From a bacterium (GTDB lineage Bacteria > DRYD01): a stretch of DNA of 51,485 bases. The notes under the pieces were generated by a model that did no database searches, was not told the DNA's origin, and saw only the letters and a list, made by a program, of their open reading frames with translations. Position numbers and translations under genes: made by a program. Shown piece after piece: positions 27,246 to 36,944 of this stretch. The number at the start of each line of letters is the position of its first letter. The stretch's first letter is position 1. Location of the stretch: assembly GCA_039630415.1 (NCBI GenBank), contig JBCNVB010000023.1, positions 1 to 51,485 on the forward strand, in the 5' to 3' direction.

Positions 27246-28736
27246 TCACATCCCTATAAGCTGCTTTATTTTACTTAATGTGGAAAATTCGGTTATCAAG
27301 TAAGGGTATATGCCTAAGATCAATATTAGACCAGAGATCACTAACATATGTAATTTTTCATCCCAATCCGCATCTTTTAAAGACGCATACAAAGGATTCG
27401 TAGTACGATATAGAGTTCTATCAATGAGATTCAACATATATACGGCGGTCATGAATATACCCACAAGAGATATAATAACCAGCGTTATAGACAGGGGATT
27501 AAGTGATAGTTTTTGAACCAATGCGCTCATAGAAAATAATTCGGCTACAAAACCACTTAGACCCGGTAACCCTAAATTAGCCATACATGCCGTGACCAAC
27601 ATCGTACCTATAAACGGTATAACTCTTAGTAGTCCACCATAATTTTCTATTAACCTAGTATTTGTTCTATACTGTATTGATCCAGCTATTGAAAATAAAA
27701 GTGCAGATATTAATCCGTGTGAAACCATTTGAAAAGTAGCAGCAGCTATTCCCATATCGTTCCCCGCACCTAATCCTATAAACACAATACCCATATGACT
27801 TATACTCGAATAAGCTATTAAGTATTTTATATCTACTTGCCTAAAGGCATTAAATGCTCCATAAAGTAGATTAACAATACCAAAGATTATAAGAACAATT
27901 CCGTACTGAACTGTTATGTCAGGAAAGAAAACAATAGGTACTCTCAAAATTCCATAAGTTCCCATTTTAAGAAGGACTCCTGCAAGGATCATACTTATGG
28001 AAGACGGTGCAGCAGAGTGTCCATCCGGCAACCAAGTATGAAAAGGAACTAAAGCCGCCTCTATACCAAACGCAATGAAAAATAACATAAACAGTATTAA
28101 AGCTAACGTCTGATCAGACACTATCTTGTTATTTTGCTTTAAAAGCTGTTCATAATCACTAAAATTCCAACCAACCAAAATATCACTACCAAATGCTATC
28201 GAATGTAAAATAAAGAATGAAATCATAACCAGAACTCCACCTAACTGCAAATATAAGAATAACTTCCAAGCAGCGAAATTATGGGATACATTTCTATACG
28301 GTGTTATACCCCAACTACCCCACTTGGCTATCAAAAAGTACATCGGTACACTCGCTAACTCATAAAACAATACAAACAATATAATGTTCTGAGTTAAGAA
28401 TAACCCCGTAGTACCCAATAAAACTGTGAAAGTAAGTATATAAAAATCCCTCTCTTTTTCTTTTATGTGCGTAGCTAGAGGAACTGCAAACGTTATTACA
28501 CCATTTAACAAAATTAACGCAGCATTAAAATTATCCACCCTGAAAGTATAGTCTATCAAAATATTTAAACTATACAACGAATTATCTCCAAACAACCAAA
28601 ACTTACCAAATAAAAAAGCAGAAAATAATCCTAAAATAGATCCACCAATTATACTTATCAATCTTGCATATCTTTCATGAGCCAAAAACAATATCGCTAT
28701 TATTACTAAATATCCTAGAATCAGTAATCCACTCAT
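27246..28736 (-). CDS. nuoM: NADH-quinone oxidoreductase subunit M
   Basis: PMYFLIAKWG, PFHTWLPDGH, LAGVLLKMGTYGILR, IAYSSISHMG and LGLPGLSGFVAE. Confidence 0.93.
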   Translation of the reverse strand: MSGLLILGYLVIIAILFLAHERYARLISIIGGSILGLFSAFLFGKFWLFGDNSLYSLNILIDYTFRVDNFNAALILLNGVITFAVPLATHIKEKERDFYILTFTVLLGTTGLFLTQNIILFVLFYELASVPMYFLIAKWGSWGITPYRNVSHNFAAWKLFLYLQLGGVLVMISFFILHSIAFGSDILVGWNFSDYEQLLKQNNKIVSDQTLALILFMLFFIAFGIEAALVPFHTWLPDGHSAAPSSISMILAGVLLKMGTYGILRVPIVFFPDITVQYGIVLIIFGIVNLLYGAFNAFRQVDIKYLIAYSSISHMGIVFIGLGAGNDMGIAAATFQMVSHGLISALLFSIAGSIQYRTNTRLIENYGGLLRVIPFIGTMLVTACMANLGLPGLSGFVAELFSMSALVQKLSLNPLSITLVIISLVGIFMTAVYMLNLIDRTLYRTTNPLYASLKDADWDEKLHMLVISGLILILGIYPYLITEFSTLSKIKQLIGM

Positions 28737-28852
28737 AATTGTTTATACTATTCTAAAAACACTTCAAATACCCTTCACAAATCCCACCAAGAGGGAAAAA
28801 GTTTATTTGGTTTAATTTTAATAATTGAAATCTATCTTTTGCGGAGGAAAAC

Positions 28853-30091
28853 ATGATGGAAGTGATAGAAAAAGGAAAACTTTTAGTTGACTGGGCTTCA
28901 AAGGAAATGCCTGTTATAAAAATAATTAGAGAAAATTTCAGACAGTCTAAACCATTAGCAGGATATAAAATAGGTGCCTGCTTACATATTACCGCAGAAA
29001 CAGCAAACCTTGTTATTCTTCTTAAAGAAGCAGGTGCTAAAGTATTCCTTACAGCATCTAACCCACTATCTACCAAAGATGAAATCGTAGAGTATCTCAA
29101 AAACTACGAAGGCATATGGGTAGAATCAAAAAGAGGTGAGTCTGTACAAGAATACTACGAAAACATTAGAAAAGTTATCTCTCAACAGCCAGACCTAGTT
29201 ATAGACGATGGCGGAGACCTTATCTCCACCATGTGCAACGAAAACAAAACTATAGCTACAAAAGTAATCGGAGGATGCGAAGAAACCACAACAGGCGTAG
29301 TAAGACTCAATAACCTCTTCAAACAAGGTAAATTATACCTTCCAGTAATAGCAGTCAATAACGCAAAAACTAAACATATGTTTGACAATAGGTATGGCAC
29401 AGGACAAAGCACAGTAGATAGCATAATGAGAGCTACAAATATACTTTTGGCAGGTAAAATATGTACAGTAGCTGGATATGGCTGGTGTGGAAGAGGAGTA
29501 GCTAATAGACTCAAAGGTTTGGGTGCAAAAGTTATTGTTACTGAAGTAGACCCTATAAAAGCACTAGAAGCTGTTATGGATGGGTTTGAAGTAACCACCA
29601 TGGAAAAAGCAGTCACCATGTCACACATCATTATTACCACAACCGGTAACACAGATGTCGTTACAGAAAAACATTTTAAACTCATGAAAGACGGCACAAT
29701 ACTTGCTAATGCAGGACACTTTAACGTAGAAATAGATATGAACTATCTTGAAAAAATTAAAGTTTCCAAAAGAAAAGTAAGGGAAAATCTTGATGAATAT
29801 ATACTTCCCGATGGCAGACACATCTATATCATAGCAGAAGGAAGACTTACAAACCTAGTAGCAGCTGAAGGACACCCAGCCGCAGTAATGGATATGAGCT
29901 TCTCCAATCAAGCACTATGTCTAGAATTCCTCACTAAAAATAAATCTAAACTTAAACCAGGTATATACGACGTACCAACAGAAATAGACAAAAAAGTTGC
30001 ATTCTATAAACTAATGTCCATGCAAATATCTATCGATGAACTAACAGAAAAACAAATTAAATATCTCCAAAGCTGGGAACTAGGAACTTAA
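28853..30091 (+). CDS. ahcY: Adenosylhomocysteinase
   Basis: ACLHIT, SNPLST, DDGGD, EETTTG, KHMFDNRYGTGQS and GYGWCGRG. Confidence 0.97.
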   Translation: MMEVIEKGKLLVDWASKEMPVIKIIRENFRQSKPLAGYKIGACLHITAETANLVILLKEAGAKVFLTASNPLSTKDEIVEYLKNYEGIWVESKRGESVQEYYENIRKVISQQPDLVIDDGGDLISTMCNENKTIATKVIGGCEETTTGVVRLNNLFKQGKLYLPVIAVNNAKTKHMFDNRYGTGQSTVDSIMRATNILLAGKICTVAGYGWCGRGVANRLKGLGAKVIVTEVDPIKALEAVMDGFEVTTMEKAVTMSHIIITTTGNTDVVTEKHFKLMKDGTILANAGHFNVEIDMNYLEKIKVSKRKVRENLDEYILPDGRHIYIIAEGRLTNLVAAEGHPAAVMDMSFSNQALCLEFLTKNKSKLKPGIYDVPTEIDKKVAFYKLMSMQISIDELTEKQIKYLQSWELGT

Positions 30092-30117
30092 AAGTAAAAA
30101 AGAAAGGAGAGAAAAAA

Positions 30118-31344
30118 ATGAGAAACTACTATTTTACATCAGAGTCGGTTACAGAAGGACATCCAGATAAACTAGCAGATAGAATATCAGATTCAATACT
30201 AGATGCTTACCTAGAAGAAGATAGAAAAAAACAACTCAAACTAAAAGAGTTTTCCAGAGTAGCAATAGAAACCGTAGTTTTCACCGGAGGATGTATTCTG
30301 GTAGGTCAACTTACCTCTAAATCATTCGTTAATATTCCGGCAGTTGTAAGAAATACAATAAAAGAAACAGGGTATTCATTAGAATGGGGTTATGATCCGG
30401 AATACATAGCAGTAATAACCTCAATAGATCCACAATCACCAGATATAGCAATGGGAGTAGATAATCCACAAGATCTAGAAAGCACTGAAGATCTTGGAGC
30501 AGGAGATCAAGGAATGATGTTTGGTTTTGCAACCGATGAAACAAACGTTTTAATGCCAGCCCCCATAATACTCTCCCACCGCTTGGCACAAAAACTATCT
30601 AACGTACGAAAAAATAAAATACTAGATTATCTTGGACCAGATGCAAAAACCCAAGTTACCATCTACTACGAAAACTCCCAACCCAAGTTCATAAAAGATA
30701 TCGTCATATCTTCACAACACAGAGATAATGTATCACTAGAAAAAATAAAAAAAGATATCATAGAATATGTGGTTATTCCAACAATAATGGATTTTATTGA
30801 AAGAAACGATTACAATAAAGACTTTTTTGATGAAAAAAAGACGAACATTCATGTAAATCCTACCGGTAGATTTGTGATAGGAGGTCCAAAAGCAGATAGT
30901 GGTTTAACAGGAAGAAAACTAATAGTTGATACGTATGGTGGTTTTGCTCATGGAGGTGGATCGTTTTCTGGTAAAGATCCTACCAAAGTAGATCGCTCAG
31001 CTACATATATGGCAAGATATATCGCAAAAAATATAGTGGCTTCTAAAATAGCCAAAAGAGTAGAGGTTCAACTAGCATACGTCATTGGAGAAAAAAATCC
31101 GGTATCAGTTTATGTCAATACTTTCTCAACTGGTAAAGTAGACGATTTCCTTCTTTCAAAAGTAGTTCAGGAACTATTTGATTTAACCCCTACCGGAATA
31201 ATTAAAAAGTTTGATCTATTTAACATAAAATACACACCTTTATCCTCATACGGGCATTTTGGTAGAGAAGACTTAGATCTACCATGGGAAAAAACAGATA
31301 TGGTAGAAGCTATCAAAGAAAAAGTAAGCGTAAAAAACAGTTGA
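30118..31344 (+). CDS. metK: S-adenosylmethionine synthetase
   Basis: SESVTEGHPDK, GAGDQG, GLTGRK and GGGSFSGKDPTKVDRS. Confidence 0.97.
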   Translation: MRNYYFTSESVTEGHPDKLADRISDSILDAYLEEDRKKQLKLKEFSRVAIETVVFTGGCILVGQLTSKSFVNIPAVVRNTIKETGYSLEWGYDPEYIAVITSIDPQSPDIAMGVDNPQDLESTEDLGAGDQGMMFGFATDETNVLMPAPIILSHRLAQKLSNVRKNKILDYLGPDAKTQVTIYYENSQPKFIKDIVISSQHRDNVSLEKIKKDIIEYVVIPTIMDFIERNDYNKDFFDEKKTNIHVNPTGRFVIGGPKADSGLTGRKLIVDTYGGFAHGGGSFSGKDPTKVDRSATYMARYIAKNIVASKIAKRVEVQLAYVIGEKNPVSVYVNTFSTGKVDDFLLSKVVQELFDLTPTGIIKKFDLFNIKYTPLSSYGHFGREDLDLPWEKTDMVEAIKEKVSVKNS

Positions 31345-31347
31345 TCT

Positions 31348-33543
31348 ATGAAGAATTTATTGATAGAAATAGGTACAGAAGATTTACCAGCATCAAAATG
31401 TAAAGATATACTCGAACAATCACAAAATATTTTACCAAATGTTCTGAAAAACTACAGACTATCATACAAGGATATAGAATACTACATAACACCAAGAAGA
31501 ATTATATTCAAAATAAATGGAATAAGTGAGTATCAGGAATCTCAAGTGATTGAAAAGAGAGGTCCACCCGTAAGTCAAGCCTTCGATCTATCAGGAAATC
31601 CAACCAGGGAATTAATGGGGTTCCTTAAAGCTAACAATACTACCCTAGAAAATATCCAAATAAAAAAAGTACAAGACAGAGAATACGTGTTTATTTCCAT
31701 AGAAAAAGAAACAAAAAACATAAGAGATATCCTGAAAGATATAATAGTTTCAATAATAGCTGAATACAAATTTGAAAAACCAATGTACTGGATATCAAAG
31801 GATTTCCAATTTATAAGACCGATAAGATGGATTTTATGTATGCTTGAAAATGAACCTATAGAGCTAGAGTACCTAAGAACTCCAGATAAATGTTACAAAA
31901 CAGGTGGATATACATATGGTCATCGTATAATGTCTCCTAAGAAAATAAAAATAAAATCGACTGATACCTACATTGAGCAACTCAGAGAAGCAATGGTTAT
32001 ACCCAATCATAAAGCTAGAGAAAACCTAATAAAAGATAGCATATCCAAAATAGAAGTACAAACTGGTCTAAAAGCTTTAGTAACCAAAGAGTTTCTTGAA
32101 AAACTCTCTTTCATGTATGAATATCCTACAGCTATATTATCAGAGTTTGATGAAGAATATCTTAATCTACCTGAAGAATTAATAACTACCATTTTGATAA
32201 ATCAGCAAAGATTTATTCCACTACTTAATGAAGGTTCACTATCAAACAAGTTTATAGCTTTTAAAGAGGGAGAAGTAGTAGATACAGAGGTAAACAGATA
32301 CAACTATAAAAAAGTAGTAGAAGCCAGATTAGAAGATGCATTGCATTTACTTAGAGAAGATAGAAAAATCTTGTTAGCTAGCAGAGTTTCTAAGTTAAAA
32401 GATATTCTATACTACGACGAACTTGGTACGTTATATGACAAAACTATAAGGGTAAAAGCTACAACGGAGTATATTTGCCATTATTTGAATCTAGATGCGA
32501 AATTAACAGAGTTTGCTTTGAAAGCAGCTACTTTATCTAAAGCAGATAGAACAACAAACATTGTTTTTGAATACCCTAATTTACAGGGTATAATAGGTAA
32601 ATATTTGGCTTTAGAGCAGGGAGAAAATGAAGCAGTAGCTACCGCAATTCAAGAACACTATTTACCAGAAACTCCGGAAGATACACGCTTGCCCTCCAGA
32701 TACGAAGCCATCATTATCGCAATCGCTGACAGAATAGATACCGCTGTGTCCTTCATCTCTATTGGAAACCTAATTAAAGGTTCCAAAGATATATTAGGAC
32801 TTAGAAGAACACTCTCAACACTAATCTACTTAATTGATAACTTCAAAATGTCATTAGACATGGATCAAATAACAAAATATTCTTACTCAATCTTATCGGA
32901 TAAAAAGTACGGTACCGAAATACATCCCAAACTCAGCCTTAACAAAGTCATAAAAGAAATAAAAGAATTCTTCTTCCATAGAGTAGAAGAAATATATAAA
33001 CAAAGAAACATAAGCTACGACAAAATTAGAGCAATACTTCACATATTCTGGAAAGATTATAACACCGCAGATAAAATACTTGAACTAATACATACTAAAA
33101 CACAATCTGAACTCAAAGATATAGTTCTTCTCAGCAAAAGACTCAAAAATATAGTATTTAACGATTACATAAGAAAAGAAGAATACGACGAAACAATCTT
33201 TCCATATCTATTTGAAGAGTATGATAACATAGAAATAATTGATTTTCCAGATAATCTAGAAAGCATAAAAGTAAATCCACAACTACTATCAGAACCAATA
33301 GAAATCCAACTATACCAATTTATAGAGCAAAATCAAGATACCTTCTGGAATAAAATAAGAGAAAATTCAGTTAGAGAATTCGAAAAAATCAAATACCTAT
33401 CTACATTGATTCATGAACTGTTTGAAAAAGTATTCATTATGGTTGAAGATAAAAAGATTAGAGAGAATAGAATACTTTTACTTTATAAGACATTTCTTTT
33501 AACTTCCTGCTTTGCAGACTTTAGTAAAATTGTTGTCAATTAG
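31348..33543 (+). CDS. glyS: Glycine--tRNA ligase beta subunit
   Basis: LLIEIGTEDLP, TPRR, RGPP, FIRPIRWI, ARLEDA, EHYLP and IRENRI. Confidence 0.95.
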   Translation: MKNLLIEIGTEDLPASKCKDILEQSQNILPNVLKNYRLSYKDIEYYITPRRIIFKINGISEYQESQVIEKRGPPVSQAFDLSGNPTRELMGFLKANNTTLENIQIKKVQDREYVFISIEKETKNIRDILKDIIVSIIAEYKFEKPMYWISKDFQFIRPIRWILCMLENEPIELEYLRTPDKCYKTGGYTYGHRIMSPKKIKIKSTDTYIEQLREAMVIPNHKARENLIKDSISKIEVQTGLKALVTKEFLEKLSFMYEYPTAILSEFDEEYLNLPEELITTILINQQRFIPLLNEGSLSNKFIAFKEGEVVDTEVNRYNYKKVVEARLEDALHLLREDRKILLASRVSKLKDILYYDELGTLYDKTIRVKATTEYICHYLNLDAKLTEFALKAATLSKADRTTNIVFEYPNLQGIIGKYLALEQGENEAVATAIQEHYLPETPEDTRLPSRYEAIIIAIADRIDTAVSFISIGNLIKGSKDILGLRRTLSTLIYLIDNFKMSLDMDQITKYSYSILSDKKYGTEIHPKLSLNKVIKEIKEFFFHRVEEIYKQRNISYDKIRAILHIFWKDYNTADKILELIHTKTQSELKDIVLLSKRLKNIVFNDYIRKEEYDETIFPYLFEEYDNIEIIDFPDNLESIKVNPQLLSEPIEIQLYQFIEQNQDTFWNKIRENSVREFEKIKYLSTLIHELFEKVFIMVEDKKIRENRILLLYKTFLLTSCFADFSKIVVN

Positions 33544-34093
33544 GTCGTTATTACAAAAAATTTTAATTTTTATAGGTAGACTTCTTTTAAGATTATTTTT
33601 TAGGTTAGAAGTTAGGGGTAGAGAAAAATTTCCCCTAGAAGGACCAGTAATTGTAGTCTGTAACCACCATAGTTATCTAGATCCACCGGTACTAATTGTA
33701 TCATCCCCAAGAATTATTCACTTCATAGCCAAGCAGGAACTATTTAAAATCCCTATAATTTCCTTTTTTGTTAAGTTATTTGAATCAATTCCTGTGGATA
33801 GATCTAATCCAAAACCTTCAACCTTCAAGAAAACATTTCAATACCTAAAAGAAAGCAAAGTAATAGGTATATTTCCCGAAGGTACAAGAGTCAAAAATGT
33901 TAGTGATTTTGGTAAAGCACAAGCAGGAGTTGAATTGATAATCTCTAAATCAAATGTACCAATACTAATTACCAAAATAGATGGCACCTATCAATGGTAC
34001 AAAAAGTTCAAAATAATCGTCACCTTTAAAGAACTAATCCATAACCCATCCATCACAGTAAGTGAAATAATGCAAAAAATATACCAAGACTGA
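33512..34093 (+). CDS. plsC: 1-acyl-sn-glycerol-3-phosphate acyltransferase
   Basis: NHHSYLD (HX4D), FIAKQEL and IFPEGTR; the true start may be a few codons downstream. Confidence 0.9.
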   Translation: MQTLVKLLSIRSLLQKILIFIGRLLLRLFFRLEVRGREKFPLEGPVIVVCNHHSYLDPPVLIVSSPRIIHFIAKQELFKIPIISFFVKLFESIPVDRSNPKPSTFKKTFQYLKESKVIGIFPEGTRVKNVSDFGKAQAGVELIISKSNVPILITKIDGTYQWYKKFKIIVTFKELIHNPSITVSEIMQKIYQD

Positions 34094-34102
34094 ATAAACA
34101 GG

Positions 34103-35947
34103 CTAAATAACTATATTCGTAGTTATACCTATTGTTTTTGGCAAAGGGAAATTGTAAAAATCAACTATACTGGGTGATATTTTTCTTAAGAATGAATAGA
34201 AACTCCAAATCAAAGATCTAGAAGTTATATTTTCCTGTCCATAGAAAACAATTACGGGGTCTATACCCAACTTAGATAAAATTTGTTTTATATCTACTAT
34301 TTCCAGGTAGCCAACTTTTATCTCTACTAGACCTAAGCTTGAAGTGGTATCTTCCTCAATATTTCGATAAGAATACTCTATTCCAAAAGGTTTATCGGTT
34401 ACTTTTAAAGATAGAAAAATATTTTTTTCGTAGACTATTTTGAAATCGAAGATAGTTTTACATATGTATGGTGAAATCATTTTGATATCTCTGAGCATAA
34501 AAATAGCGGTACCACTTATTTTAGACTGACAGCTATAAATTTCTTTATATTTTGATAAAAATGAAGATAGTTGTTCGTATTCCAACTTAGAAGATAGTTT
34601 CTTATTACCCTTTTGATAGATTAGAACAATACAGAGTATAAGTGTAGCTGAAATTAGTGGGAAATATGCTCCATTAGCAAACTTATGAGTGTTAGATATT
34701 AGTATTGTTAAATCTACTGGTAAGACCAGCAAGCTAAGTAAAATAACCAAAAACCAATTTTTAAAGTAAACAAATACTATTATAGCCATTATCGAAGATA
34801 TAACGATAGTAATATTCACTGACAATCCATAAGCGTTTGCTAAATTCGCAGAACTCTTAAAAAAGAGCATAGTGAATATAACTAATACCATTAGAGTCCA
34901 GTTTATGAGTGGTACGTATATTTGATGCTTTAGTTCAGTGGAAGTGTGAATGTACTTTACACGTGGTAAAAGTCCCAAGTTAGAAGTTTGGTAAAAAATA
35001 GAGAACATAGCACTTATCATAGCTTGCGAAGCCACTATCGTGGCTACCAAAGTTAGTATTATCATCGGTATATAAAACATTGGGAATGATTGTTTAACCA
35101 TGTAGAAAAGAAAAGAGTTGTACTGATCCAATTGGTTATGATTTAATAAAAAGAAAGCACCCTGCCCAAAGTAGTTGGTTATTAAGCATATAAAAACTAG
35201 GTTCCAAGAAAAAACAATAGGTTTTTTGCCTAAATGTCCCATATCAGCATACATACCCTCAACACCTGTTATAGCCAACATCGCAAAAGAAAGTATAATC
35301 AAGAAATCCGCCGGGTCTTTCCTTATCAACTCCCAAATATACATTGGATTAACAGCTTTTAATATAGAAGGCTCTTTCAAAATATAAAACAATCCAAGCA
35401 AAAACAAAACTATAAACCAGACTATTATTACGGGTGTAAACAAAAAAGATACCCTGTCTGTACCCCTTCTTTGCAGAGAAAACAATAATACAGTTATAAC
35501 TATAGAGATCAAGATAACGTGTGTAGTAGAGATAGATTGATTTAGAATCTGTATTCCTTCTACCGCAGATAAGATACTTATAGCTGGAGTTAGTATTCCC
35601 TCACTAACTACTGCGGAAAACCCCAATAAACCCAAAAAAGATACTATACTTCTCAAGATTGGATTATTCTTTACTATGGAAAGAACGTATTCTCTTATTA
35701 TCAGTTGTCCTCCTTCTCCTCTTATACTTAAATTCATAACAATGGCGACATACTGAATATAAACGACTACTATTATTATCCAGAATATTAAAGATATACC
35801 ACCCATTATCAAAGCTGGATCTTTTTGTTTAAGAATGAACCCCATTAAGCTTACGGTGTATATTGGACTAGTTCCAATGTCACCGAAAACTATTCCTAGA
35901 GGACGAATATACTCAAAAAATTTGGTTTTTCCTGAATTCATTTCCAT
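34103..35947 (-). CDS. kup: KUP/HAK/KT potassium transporter
   Basis: GIVFGDIGTSPIY, GEGG, LTPAISILSAVEG, YADMGH and LANAYG. Confidence 0.95.
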   Translation of the reverse strand: MEMNSGKTKFFEYIRPLGIVFGDIGTSPIYTVSLMGFILKQKDPALIMGGISLIFWIIIVVVYIQYVAIVMNLSIRGEGGQLIIREYVLSIVKNNPILRSIVSFLGLLGFSAVVSEGILTPAISILSAVEGIQILNQSISTTHVILISIVITVLLFSLQRRGTDRVSFLFTPVIIVWFIVLFLLGLFYILKEPSILKAVNPMYIWELIRKDPADFLIILSFAMLAITGVEGMYADMGHLGKKPIVFSWNLVFICLITNYFGQGAFFLLNHNQLDQYNSFLFYMVKQSFPMFYIPMIILTLVATIVASQAMISAMFSIFYQTSNLGLLPRVKYIHTSTELKHQIYVPLINWTLMVLVIFTMLFFKSSANLANAYGLSVNITIVISSIMAIIVFVYFKNWFLVILLSLLVLPVDLTILISNTHKFANGAYFPLISATLILCIVLIYQKGNKKLSSKLEYEQLSSFLSKYKEIYSCQSKISGTAIFMLRDIKMISPYICKTIFDFKIVYEKNIFLSLKVTDKPFGIEYSYRNIEEDTTSSLGLVEIKVGYLEIVDIKQILSKLGIDPVIVFYGQENITSRSLIWSFYSFLRKISPSIVDFYNFPLPKTIGITTNIVI

Positions 35948-35991
35948 TGTTCTATTAATTCAATACTTTAACAATACATCCTATCGATTCT

Positions 35992-36942
35992 TTACCTTCT
36001 AAGGATTAGGTTACTGATCAAAGTAGATATTTTTCTACCGTCGTGCCTTATGTAGTTCTGATTTTGATCTATCAAGTCTTCTTGTATAATATGACTACTA
36101 TCTACATCATTCACAATAACATCATACCTTCTATCCTTCCTTCTATATCTGTACAAAAGTTTTTTAGGTATTTGCTGATTATTAAATAGTATGTAATCAA
36201 AGGTTATACCGTAGTTATTTAGAGTTTTCAGGTAAAATGAAAGTAAACATTCTTTGCATTCATTAGGCTGATTAAGTAGATTACTTATATATATTTTTTT
36301 TGCTTTGGATTTTTGATAAGCTTGTAGGATAGGTTTTATGAGAAAGTTAGGGATTATACTAGAATATAGACTTCCTGGACCTACTAAGATTATATCCGCC
36401 TGCAGTATAGCTTGTATAGCTAATGGATTCACGTCTCGTTCACTAATACCTTCTAAATAAATGTATTCAATTTTTAGATTACTATCCTTTAGGTGTTTAT
36501 TGATTGTTGTTTGTCCTTTTACGATTTTATTATTGCTCAGTTTAGCAACCAGGGTTGCTTTTTTTATTGATGATGTTAGAGCCTTACCTCTTATTTTGAA
36601 GAGTTTATTTACATTTTCGGTAAATTCTATGATATTGTTATTAGAAATTTTGTAGAGTGCAAGAAGTATGAGATTTCCGAGTGCATGGGTTTTGAATTCT
36701 GCTCTGTTAAATCTATATTGGAGAAGCTTCTGAATGATCTCATCGTCAGACATACTTGCAATACAGTTTCTTACATCTCCTAAGGGTATTAAGTCTTTAT
36801 AGATTTTGAGTATTTTTCCTGTTGATCCACCATCATCTGTAGGAGTAGAAATAGAGCAAAGATAGAAATCAGGATTAAACTTTAAACCTCTTAAAACGGC
36901 AGATATTCCGCTACCTCCACCGATCAGAACAATATTGATCAT
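35992..36942 (-). CDS. yvcK: YvcK/UPF0052 (CofD-like) UDP-GlcNAc-binding gluconeogenesis factor
   Basis: IGGGSG, DDGGSTG, GDVRNC, HALGNL, GPGSLYSSIIPN and RHD. Confidence 0.9.
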   Translation of the reverse strand: MINIVLIGGGSGISAVLRGLKFNPDFYLCSISTPTDDGGSTGKILKIYKDLIPLGDVRNCIASMSDDEIIQKLLQYRFNRAEFKTHALGNLILLALYKISNNNIIEFTENVNKLFKIRGKALTSSIKKATLVAKLSNNKIVKGQTTINKHLKDSNLKIEYIYLEGISERDVNPLAIQAILQADIILVGPGSLYSSIIPNFLIKPILQAYQKSKAKKIYISNLLNQPNECKECLLSFYLKTLNNYGITFDYILFNNQQIPKKLLYRYRRKDRRYDVIVNDVDSSHIIQEDLIDQNQNYIRHDGRKISTLISNLILRR

Positions 36943-36944
36943 TG

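Noticed and set aside
28737..28852. Possible SAM/SAH riboswitch ahead of ahcY-metK
   Set aside because: The region is only 116 bp, AT-rich and shared with the divergent nuoM; I could not find SAM-I or SAH consensus elements.
28753..29821. Minus-strand ORFs of 115, 171 and 66 aa
   Set aside because: Antisense shadows of the well-conserved ahcY gene.
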